The position numbers and the translations under genes are program-made. Below are positions 7,570 to 14,434 of a DNA stretch of 28,038 nucleotides, one piece after another. Location: IMG/VR virus record IMGVR_UViG_3300020562_000018, positions 1 through 28,038 of that record. One strand, written 5' to 3'. Under the pieces are notes generated by a model that was given only the letters and a program-made list of their open reading frames with translations, made no database searches and was not told the DNA's origin. Position 1 is the first letter of the stretch. The number at the start of each line of letters is the position of its first letter. The stretch is from a virus (taxonomy: Duplodnaviria > Caudoviricetes).

Positions 7570-8804
7570 ATATTGAAGTCCTTTTTAAAGTGATAAGTTG
7601 TATAATCTTTCTTGTTCATCACAGCCTCATATATCTTGTCCTCAATCCCACCACGACTAAATATCCAATGAATATTTGCCTCTTTGACCCTATCTTTCGT
7701 TTGGATTCTTGCTCTTGCTTGCCAGTAAGATACCGCCGAGAAGTCAATATTTAAGAATATCAGCGCATCAGCAGTTGAGATGTTGACCCCTTCGCGACCT
7801 GATTGGATTTGTGAGATAAATATCAAATTGGTTGACTCATTGAACACAGTTGCCTCATTTGTCAAGTTTTCTGAGCCAAAAACATACCTTATTGCCATCT
7901 CCTCTGCGATGAACTTATAATATATGGCAATCTTTAACGAATTAAACTTTTCTTTAATGTATTCAACCTTTGAGTAATCCACAACCTTCGCCATCCTTTC
8001 AGGCTCATCAACTATCACAGTCCCACTATACACTTGGTGCAATTTTTGCATCAACTTGACAGCCGTATCCCCAAGCACTACCTGACCTTCTTTGTTCCTA
8101 ACCACCTTATCAATCCTAAGCCTATTTGCAAGGGTATAGGTTGACTCAAGCATCTCAACATGGTGGATATGCTCATTTACAAGTGACTCAAAGCCTGCTT
8201 GCTCTTGGGTGAAAGTGAGGAACAAATGACCGCACAAGTCCATGACCATTTTCTTGTCAGCGGAATCGTAATTGTTAAATGACTGACCATTTATCTTCAT
8301 CTTCTTCACGTTCACAAATTGCGTGGCCCATTTGTAGAAGTTAGCATAGTGCTCAAATGGTGAGTAACTGCTAACCCAGAACTGATGATAAAGCTGAGAG
8401 AATGACTCAGGGTTGGGTGTACCACTAAGATAAATGATAGGCTTACCAAAGCAAATGCGTTTTAACTCCTTTGCTCGTGCTGATGGCACAGGGAACGCTG
8501 CCAAGCTATGCGCCTCATCAATAATGATAAGGTCAAATGACTCATGCACATTTGCAAGTTGCTCATAGTTGGTGACATATATCCCCATCTCAATACCACT
8601 CACACTAAACTGGTTGACAATATCAGTAATTGCTTTCTTCTTAGTTACGAATAGAACTGACTTAGCACCAAACTTGTGGGCAGTTGCCATAGCAGTTAAG
8701 GTCTTGCCTGTGCGAACTTGCATTGCTAAATAAGCAATCTTATACTTCCTTAGCAGTTCAACCGCCTTATTACTTATCTTCTCCTGGTAATCTCTAAGTA
8801 TCAT
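7566..8804 (-). CDS. SF2 (SNF2/DEAD-like) helicase
   Basis: LRDYQ Q-motif, RTGKT, IIDEAH, LSGTP, SGREGVN and QARARI. Start set at ATG 8804 (ATGA overlap). Confidence 0.92.
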   Translation of the reverse strand: MILRDYQEKISNKAVELLRKYKIAYLAMQVRTGKTLTAMATAHKFGAKSVLFVTKKKAITDIVNQFSVSGIEMGIYVTNYEQLANVHESFDLIIIDEAHSLAAFPVPSARAKELKRICFGKPIIYLSGTPNPESFSQLYHQFWVSSYSPFEHYANFYKWATQFVNVKKMKINGQSFNNYDSADKKMVMDLCGHLFLTFTQEQAGFESLVNEHIHHVEMLESTYTLANRLRIDKVVRNKEGQVVLGDTAVKLMQKLHQVYSGTVIVDEPERMAKVVDYSKVEYIKEKFNSLKIAIYYKFIAEEMAIRYVFGSENLTNEATVFNESTNLIFISQIQSGREGVNISTADALIFLNIDFSAVSYWQARARIQTKDRVKEANIHWIFSRGGIEDKIYEAVMNKKDYTTYHFKKDFNI

Positions 8805-9001
8805 AGCTTTTCTAATTCTTCTTGTACATCCATCCACCATTTCATTGTTGATGTAAGATCAGTATTTAGTGGATTGCTATGTGGGTTTGAGCATATTATT
8901 TCTTGAACAGCTACTAATGCACATTCAATTGCCACTTTTTTACTAACAACTTTTGACATATATCTAACTACTAAATATGCTGCTTTTTCTTTTGGTGTCA
9001 T
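8801..9001 (-). CDS. hypothetical phage protein
   Basis: 66 aa, translationally coupled on both sides. Confidence 0.7.
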   Translation of the reverse strand: MTPKEKAAYLVVRYMSKVVSKKVAIECALVAVQEIICSNPHSNPLNTDLTSTMKWWMDVQEELEKL

Positions 9002-9252
9002 AATTCATCGTTTAAAATAATTACACAATCATTGCAACCTCTACCCTCACAATTCGGGCATACCTCATCAGGTTCATTCTGAGGCAATATTACAGACCTA
9101 ACATACCCCATCAATCTGAACTGCTCAACAGTTACTTTGAGGTGTTGGACTGCTTCGCCAGAGTAGATCATGGCATCAATAAGTTCTCCTAAGAGTTTGT
9201 GTCTTTCGTAGGTGTTAAGGTCACCCCATTTAGGCAATTGCATTTCGGACAT
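8998..9252 (-). CDS. hypothetical protein with C-terminal Cys cluster (CPNCEGRGCNDC)
   Basis: Start MSEMQL at 9252 has an A-rich leader. The longer 9303 start is also possible. Confidence 0.65.
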   Translation of the reverse strand: MSEMQLPKWGDLNTYERHKLLGELIDAMIYSGEAVQHLKVTVEQFRLMGYVRSVILPQNEPDEVCPNCEGRGCNDCVIILNDEL

Positions 9253-9303
9253 AGTGATTGTTTTTTTAAAGTGATAGTGTATAAAGATTTGCAGCATCGG
9301 CAT

Positions 9304-9390
9304 TTAATCCAACTCGGCGTCATGTTGCGTTTCATCTTCTTCGTAATAGTTGCCATAAGTTTCAAGTTGCCAGAGTTCGTAAGGTGTCAT
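9304..9390 (-). CDS. 28-aa acidic peptide MTPYELWQLETYGNYYEEDETQHDAELD
   Basis: Translated by hand. It has an A-rich leader and fills the gap in the operon. Confidence 0.5.
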   Translation of the reverse strand: MTPYELWQLETYGNYYEEDETQHDAELD

Positions 9391-9400
9391 TTTTAATTTT

Positions 9401-9607
9401 TTATCTAAAACATAAAACAATTCCCAAATTATTTTTATAACATTTACATTTATTAGTTATATAACTTGTAATGTTTTTAACTCCAAGTGCATTCTGTGCT
9501 TCATAAGCTGAATTAAATTCAAATATCAACTCTTTTTTTGAAACATCATAAACCTTTACTTTTCTATTTAAAGCACCAGATAATGAGGTTCTATTGTTTA
9601 TGTTCAT
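9401..9607 (-). CDS. NUMOD1-like small DNA-binding protein
   Basis: KVKVYD....LIFEFNSAYEAQNALG pattern. More AT-rich than its neighbours. Confidence 0.7.
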   Translation of the reverse strand: MNINNRTSLSGALNRKVKVYDVSKKELIFEFNSAYEAQNALGVKNITSYITNKCKCYKNNLGIVLCFR

Positions 9608-9939
9608 GGTTTTATTATTACTTCAATTGTTTTACCTCTAAGAATATCGGTTAATAGTCCATCAAGTTCCTCACGTTGTTCAGGGTTTAAAAGTGCCAAC
9701 TTTTCAGTAAGCGAGTCATACGAAAATGCATCAGATGCAATCTCCTTTCTCATCCCTTCTCTCACCTCATCATCAAAGTGAGGGTAAGTTACAACATCTC
9801 TAAGTATCCAATTTAGCTTTAACGAATAATTGGCAAATATTGTGGCCCCACGAGTGCCTGGTGCTGACCTAACAAAATCCTTTGCATACTCATCAGCTAA
9901 CTTTAAATGATGGATACATGATACAACTGAACTACCCAT
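9604..9939 (-). CDS. hypothetical phage protein
   Basis: 111 aa, overlapping stops and starts with neighbours. Confidence 0.75.
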   Translation of the reverse strand: MGSSVVSCIHHLKLADEYAKDFVRSAPGTRGATIFANYSLKLNWILRDVVTYPHFDDEVREGMRKEIASDAFSYDSLTEKLALLNPEQREELDGLLTDILRGKTIEVIIKP

Positions 9940-10120
9940 TGATGTCTTTTTTCATTCGTTCTAAATAAAGGATTGCATCCATAAGTTCTTCTTGCAAGTG
10001 GTTCATCCAATCCACAACATCAAGATCATTTCTCTCTAAGGTTGACCCGTACTTTGTGATGCCTCGTTGTGACCTTTCGTTGAACTTGTTCACCACTTGC
10101 TCTACAATTTTATCCTTCAT
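9932..10120 (-). CDS. small conserved phage protein, possibly MazG-like all-alpha fold
   Basis: G..KYG.TL.R.D...W..HLQEELMDAILY with an EE..D acidic motif. Function uncertain. Confidence 0.55.
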   Translation of the reverse strand: MKDKIVEQVVNKFNERSQRGITKYGSTLERNDLDVVDWMNHLQEELMDAILYLERMKKDING

Positions 10121-10862
10121 TCTTGTGATGTGTTATTTGGTAAGATGTGCGCTTTGGCTTGATGTCCTCATTGATTGACTTCCAGAGTGAGAATGTTGTT
10201 TGGAATGTCTCCCAGTCCTTTGCTGACTCCTCAAGTGTTCTGGTGAGCAATTGCCAACCAATGCCTTGTATTGCTCCTCCCTTGCCGGCTGTCCTTGTCT
10301 TGGCATTGAGCCAAAGTATTGCCACTCCCTCAACATGGTAGTCGTATTCCTTCAACAACTCATTATAAGCCGCTAATTGTAACCAATACGACTCGTGCAT
10401 ATTGTTGGATGTCTTGATGTCAATAAGGTACTCCTTTCCATTTATCTCAAGCACTCTGTCAACTGTGCCTGCAAACCCAAGCACATCAGATGAGAAGTGC
10501 ATCTCCATCATTCGCATCTTTGGAGTCTGTGTATTACAAAAGTCAACATACCTCTCAAACATCGCCCATTCAAGCATTTTGTACTTAGGCTTTCCATATT
10601 GGTTGACAAATGTCACTTCTTGGTGTTGGTCATATTGCTCAGTCAGTTCATGCACAAGTGACCCTCTGCGCCCTGCTTCATCACGAATGGTGTCAGCATC
10701 TTGCCCCACATCTTTGAGCCATTTAAAGAAGGCTGCGTCTTTTGGATAGGCTTCAAGAATTGTTGTAACTGATGGCACATAGTTGCCGTTTTCAGTAGCA
10801 TAAAACCGATTGTCCACGAACTCAATTCGGCCTTTGTTGATGTCAATGTTGAAATTTTGCAT
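10110..10862 (-). CDS. PD-(D/E)XK exonuclease (Cas4/RecB-like)
   Basis: PSVTTIL, RGSLVH, AGTVD, IDIKTS and QLAAY motifs. Confidence 0.9.
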   Translation of the reverse strand: MQNFNIDINKGRIEFVDNRFYATENGNYVPSVTTILEAYPKDAAFFKWLKDVGQDADTIRDEAGRRGSLVHELTEQYDQHQEVTFVNQYGKPKYKMLEWAMFERYVDFCNTQTPKMRMMEMHFSSDVLGFAGTVDRVLEINGKEYLIDIKTSNNMHESYWLQLAAYNELLKEYDYHVEGVAILWLNAKTRTAGKGGAIQGIGWQLLTRTLEESAKDWETFQTTFSLWKSINEDIKPKRTSYQITHHKNEG

Positions 10863-10883
10863 TAGTGTTTGTTTAAAAGTGAG

Positions 10884-10966
10884 GAGTCAGAGCAGGACTC
10901 GAACCTGCAACGCACAACCATTATTAAGGATGAGTTAACCATTTACCCATTACGTGCTACCTGACT
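10884..10966 (-). ncRNA. tRNA-like RNA / pseudo-tRNA
   Basis: Acceptor stem AGTCAGG/TCTGACT, U8-A9, and a perfect T arm GCAGG-TTCGAGT-CCTGC. The interior does not form canonical D and anticodon arms. Confidence 0.75.
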
Positions 10967-10973
10967 CTGTTAA

Positions 10974-11540
10974 CTAAAAAGGAACTTCATCTGATTCTTC
11001 AGCCTTTGCACCAAATAGGCTTTTGGCATTGTTCTCAAGGAACTCCATCCTATCTGAGTCATCCCAAGTGTCTTTGCCTTTTACCTTGATCTTAACCAGG
11101 TCAGGCATACCATTTGGGTTCTCACGAGTAAATGCCCATTTTAACCCACTACCATTTTGGTTGAGGAAGCATACTGACTTTTTCTTGTCACCTTCAATGG
11201 TCAGCTTTGGGGTGATTTGCACCCTGTCAGAAAGCTTTACATTTGGCAGAGTCTTGAGGAAAGATGCGCTATAACCAGATGAGAAGTTCATCTCAAGCTG
11301 ATAGTTCACACCATTTGACTCAACTTGCACTACCAAGAACTTGCCATAGTCACTTTCCTTTGTGCCTACTTCTTTGATTGTTCCCTCAAGAGAGTCATAG
11401 AACATCTCATAGACTTCGCGACCTGCCTTGTTGATGCGAGACACCGCACCTTCTGTCTTTTCTTTAAAACTCCTCACGAGTTTTCCGTTACTGATGCTTA
11501 AAAACACTTTTGATAAGCCTTGACTGTTAGTTAGTCCCAT
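10974..11540 (-). CDS. probable single-stranded DNA-binding protein
   Basis: Beta-rich, with an acidic C-terminal tail EESDEVPF, next to the exonuclease. Confidence 0.65.
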   Translation of the reverse strand: MGLTNSQGLSKVFLSISNGKLVRSFKEKTEGAVSRINKAGREVYEMFYDSLEGTIKEVGTKESDYGKFLVVQVESNGVNYQLEMNFSSGYSASFLKTLPNVKLSDRVQITPKLTIEGDKKKSVCFLNQNGSGLKWAFTRENPNGMPDLVKIKVKGKDTWDDSDRMEFLENNAKSLFGAKAEESDEVPF

Positions 11541-11865
11541 TTTGCTTTGTTTTATTGTTTAAAAATTCTTGCTTTGTTTGGTAGCACCTAAGTATCTCTG
11601 CCATTTTATCGTTGTAAACCATTTGGTCAACAGTTTGGCTATACTTGTACTCAAAATCCTCAATCTTATACCTAATGGCTTCTGCACTTCCTTTTGACAT
11701 ATAGTAGATGTCAAGGGTGAGTGAGTTGTACTCATCCCAAAAGGCTGACGGGATTTGATATAAGGTTCTGCGTTGTACCATTTTTTGTACATTACTCTTG
11801 TCATAATTAATCATCACTATCCCCACTAAACTACAAGCCAGAAGCAACAGGCATAGATATAGCAT
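11527..11865 (-). CDS. hypothetical protein with N-terminal hydrophobic anchor
   Basis: MLYLCLLLLACSLVGIVMI N-terminus. Overlaps neighbours. Confidence 0.6.
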   Translation of the reverse strand: MLYLCLLLLACSLVGIVMINYDKSNVQKMVQRRTLYQIPSAFWDEYNSLTLDIYYMSKGSAEAIRYKIEDFEYKYSQTVDQMVYNDKMAEILRCYQTKQEFLNNKTKQNGTN

Positions 11866-12028
11866 CTTGGAGTTGGTTTAATGTGTTGACCAATTTGATA
11901 TAAGTTGATTGCCTCATCTTACCAGAGTTTTCTGCTCTGTTCACCGTAACTGTTGTAACACCACTAAGTGATGCCAACTTTTCTTGGGTTAAACCCTTTT
12001 GTTTTCTTAGTTCTCTAATTTCTTTCAT
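11831..12028 (-). CDS. XRE/Cro-like helix-turn-helix regulator (65 aa)
   Basis: IRELRKQKGLTQEKLASLSGVTTVTVNRAE. ATG 12028 lies downstream of the promoter box. Confidence 0.9.
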   Translation of the reverse strand: MKEIRELRKQKGLTQEKLASLSGVTTVTVNRAENSGKMRQSTYIKLVNTLNQLQDAISMPVASGL

Positions 12029-12052
12029 TGCTATTTGTTTTTGTTTATAAAG

Positions 12053-12086
12053 CAAAGATATATACTTAATACATACAAAACACAAA
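12053..12086 (-). promoter_or_regulatory. early promoter (Bacteroidota type)
   Basis: TATCTTTG -7 box at 12060-12053 and TTTG at 12086-12083 on the minus strand. Confidence 0.65.
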
Positions 12087-12114
12087 ATAGATATATATTT
12101 TTTTTAATAATATC

Positions 12115-12149
12115 AAAAAGAAACCCAACCATAGAAATAGCTGGGTTTT
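12115..12149 (-). terminator. intrinsic terminator ending the late/lysis operon
   Basis: Minus-strand hairpin AAACCCAGCTAT-TTCT-ATGGTTGGGTTT followed by CTTTTT. Confidence 0.75.
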
Positions 12150-12172
12150 CCCTACATTAAATCAACCAAAAA

Positions 12173-12637
12173 CTAATAGATGCTGTACGAAGTTTTGCCG
12201 TTCACTCTTGTTGCTCTCAATATCTGCTTTCTTTGCTTACCACTTGACTCATAGGAAACGTGTACCCAATCTGGGTTTTCTTTATCACCAAACTCAAAAA
12301 TTAGCTGATCAAACTCAAGGTTATCCTTGATGTAATCAAACACCATCCTATTGGTCACTCCATTTGGTGTACCATCCATGTCAATATCAATCGCTTCGCC
12401 CTGGCAATGCTGTGATGTCAATGATCCACCAATGGCAGCGTTCAATTCTTTGCTTCTATATCCAGATGAGATAATTATAGGACACCTAAAGTGAGTTCTT
12501 ATTGGTTCAAATATCTTCTCAGCAAGTAGTTTAAAGTTTGCAATGTGTGCCTCTGTTGGCATATTGCTTATTCCTTTACGTTTTGCTGACTCGCTTCTTG
12601 TTACTTCCGACAAATCAAGATGCTCCGACAATTTCAT
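12173..12637 (-). CDS. endolysin, peptidase M15A family
   Basis: SSGYRS..LN.AIGG...SQH..GEAID and WVHVS Zn-peptidase motifs. Confidence 0.92.
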   Translation of the reverse strand: MKLSEHLDLSEVTRSESAKRKGISNMPTEAHIANFKLLAEKIFEPIRTHFRCPIIISSGYRSKELNAAIGGSLTSQHCQGEAIDIDMDGTPNGVTNRMVFDYIKDNLEFDQLIFEFGDKENPDWVHVSYESSGKQRKQILRATRVNGKTSYSIY

Positions 12638-13089
12638 TTCCTAAGTTTTAAATATATAAAAAGTGCAATAAGAACCAAAAGGGATATTAACCAATTTAAG
12701 CGACTATCTGCTTTTGACTTGTAATCATTTGCCAAGTTAATTAAACGAGTGCTATCAGCTTGCAATAGCCTTACACGAGCATTGTCTACAATGAATGACT
12801 TAATGGTATCGTGAATGGTTATTGACTTAGTTATTTCACGAGTTTTCCACTTTGTGATGTAGGTTGTATCATTAAGGACATAGGTATCGGTAAGGGTATC
12901 AATCATTACCAATGTATCAACCTCAACAAGTGTATCAGACTTGACAACAAAAGTAGTGTCATTCGCACACCATCCACCTTTAACCACAACCTTTGCGACT
13001 TCTTCAAGTTTATCTTGGTCACGCAAAACCTGCTTAACAGGGTTGCAACCAATAAGTAAAAGCAATAAAAGACTAATCTTTGTTCTCAT
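12634..13089 (-). CDS. unimolecular spanin-like lipoprotein
   Basis: Lipoprotein signal MRTKISLLLLLLIGC plus a C-terminal TM helix (WLISLLVLIALFIYL-KLRK), in the lysis cassette. Confidence 0.7.
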   Translation of the reverse strand: MRTKISLLLLLLIGCNPVKQVLRDQDKLEEVAKVVVKGGWCANDTTFVVKSDTLVEVDTLVMIDTLTDTYVLNDTTYITKWKTREITKSITIHDTIKSFIVDNARVRLLQADSTRLINLANDYKSKADSRLNWLISLLVLIALFIYLKLRK

Positions 13090-13291
13090 CCTTCTTGAAT
13101 ATTTTCTCAGCACTTGTCAAACCAAGGCAACCAAACGCAAGAGCAGACACAGAGTAAACAAGTGCTTCTGATGGTTCAGTTTCGTAGAATGAGTTATGGT
13201 ACATTGTAACGCAGATGATGACTACGCAAGTAAAACCGCAAAGTCGCTTCATTGATAGTCTGCCGTTTTCTTCACAAAAGAATTGTTTCAT
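13073..13291 (-). CDS. probable holin
   Basis: 72 aa, two hydrophobic helices, SMKR N-terminal motif and a charged C-terminus. Confidence 0.7.
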   Translation of the reverse strand: MKQFFCEENGRLSMKRLCGFTCVVIICVTMYHNSFYETEPSEALVYSVSALAFGCLGLTSAEKIFKKDENKD

Positions 13292-13641
13292 TGATTTTCA
13301 GTTGAGTCAATTGATGAAATGGAATCGGTAGAGGTTTTCTTTCTACCCCAAAAATTAGTCTTTTCCTTGATGATAATGGTATCCCTAATGGTAATAGTCT
13401 TGACTATTTTTGCATCCTCTTTGAGTTTAGCATTTTGCAATTTGATAGTTAATACGTTTAGCAATACTTGCTTCTCTGCTTTCTCAATATGCTTGTCAAC
13501 TTTTGGGAGGAACTTTACAATAGTGTCAATGTGTTCCCTTGATTGCATAAGGATAGTATCAACCCCATCAAAAAGGATTTTCTCCTCTTTGACAGGGTTG
13601 GCACATGATGAGATAAATAGTAATACAATTAATCGTTTCAT
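13288..13641 (-). CDS. lipoprotein, o-spanin-like
   Basis: MKRLIVLLFISSC lipobox, coupled to the upstream TM protein. Confidence 0.55.
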   Translation of the reverse strand: MKRLIVLLFISSCANPVKEEKILFDGVDTILMQSREHIDTIVKFLPKVDKHIEKAEKQVLLNVLTIKLQNAKLKEDAKIVKTITIRDTIIIKEKTNFWGRKKTSTDSISSIDSTENQ

Positions 13642-13913
13642 TTGATTTTTCCGAGTTCTTGAAGGACTAAGATTTTAGATGTTGTCGCTGAGAGCAATGA
13701 ATCAGACCTCTTTAGTTGCATACCAAGAGCATCAATCTTTGCTTCTAACTTTTCTATCTTGCTTCCTTGCCGTTCAATCTGCTCGGTGTATTGCATCTTT
13801 TGGTCTACATACAAGTAACCAATTGCAATCAATGTAATGAACAGAAAACCTTTTACGGGGTCTTTGCTGAACTGCTCAAATGAAATCGGTAATGCACTAA
13901 TTTTTTTATCCAT
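13638..13913 (-). CDS. single-TM coiled-coil protein, i-spanin- or holin-like
   Basis: TM GFLFITLIAIGYLYV followed by a coiled coil. Start set at MDKK (13913). Confidence 0.55.
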   Translation of the reverse strand: MDKKISALPISFEQFSKDPVKGFLFITLIAIGYLYVDQKMQYTEQIERQGSKIEKLEAKIDALGMQLKRSDSLLSATTSKILVLQELGKIK

Positions 13914-14037
13914 TTTCGTTGTTCTCTTTTTGATGCTCCTCGGCAATCTTCTGATTAACCTCTTGAAGTTGCTTTTGAAGATGTTCTAAATTTGCTAAAA
14001 GATCGTAAGCTGCTGCTTTCAGTTCAATAAGTGTCAT
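13906..14037 (-). CDS. 43-aa coiled-coil protein MTLIELKAAAYDLLANLEHLQKQLQEVNQKIAEEHQKENNENG
   Basis: Translated by hand. It overlaps the next start, and a TAAATTTG -7-like box lies at 14060-14053. Confidence 0.65.
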   Translation of the reverse strand: MTLIELKAAAYDLLANLEHLQKQLQEVNQKIAEEHQKENNENG

Positions 14038-14057
14038 AGTATTTAATTTTTACAAAT

Positions 14058-14399
14058 TTAGATATTATTTGTCAACCAAGGTAAAGGAAGGGACACTTCT
14101 TTTGGGTTCTTTTGGTTCTCAATCTGCCCGTCAAGTGATGCATCAATTGCTACCACATCCATTGCACTTTCCAACCATCCCTCTACAATTGACTCAGTCA
14201 GGTCAGCATAAGGGGTAAAATCTTCTGGTGAAGGAGAAGGAACGCTTTGGGCGCCATAGGTTTCTGCGAACCAGGTCTTGTCACCATCAATTTGCTCTGC
14301 TTGCCTTCTCCAATGTACTGTGAACACCACATCAGTTAGGTTGTCAGGAGTTGTTGGGTATTCGTTCATTTGCGAAATAATCCATTTGTACGTTGTCAT
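14058..14399 (-). CDS. tail fibre-associated protein (possible chaperone)
   Basis: Follows the tail fibre. The V..VHW, F.PY.DLT...V.GW and LPW pattern is common after fibre genes in aquatic phages. Confidence 0.65.
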   Translation of the reverse strand: MTTYKWIISQMNEYPTTPDNLTDVVFTVHWRRQAEQIDGDKTWFAETYGAQSVPSPSPEDFTPYADLTESIVEGWLESAMDVVAIDASLDGQIENQKNPKEVSLPLPWLTNNI

Positions 14400-14434
14400 A
14401 TTCTATTTGTTTTTATTTATTAAATATTTATAAA

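Noticed and set aside
10884-10966. Assignment as a functional tRNA of a specific amino acid
   Set aside because: I could not identify a 5-bp anticodon stem with a 7-nt loop.
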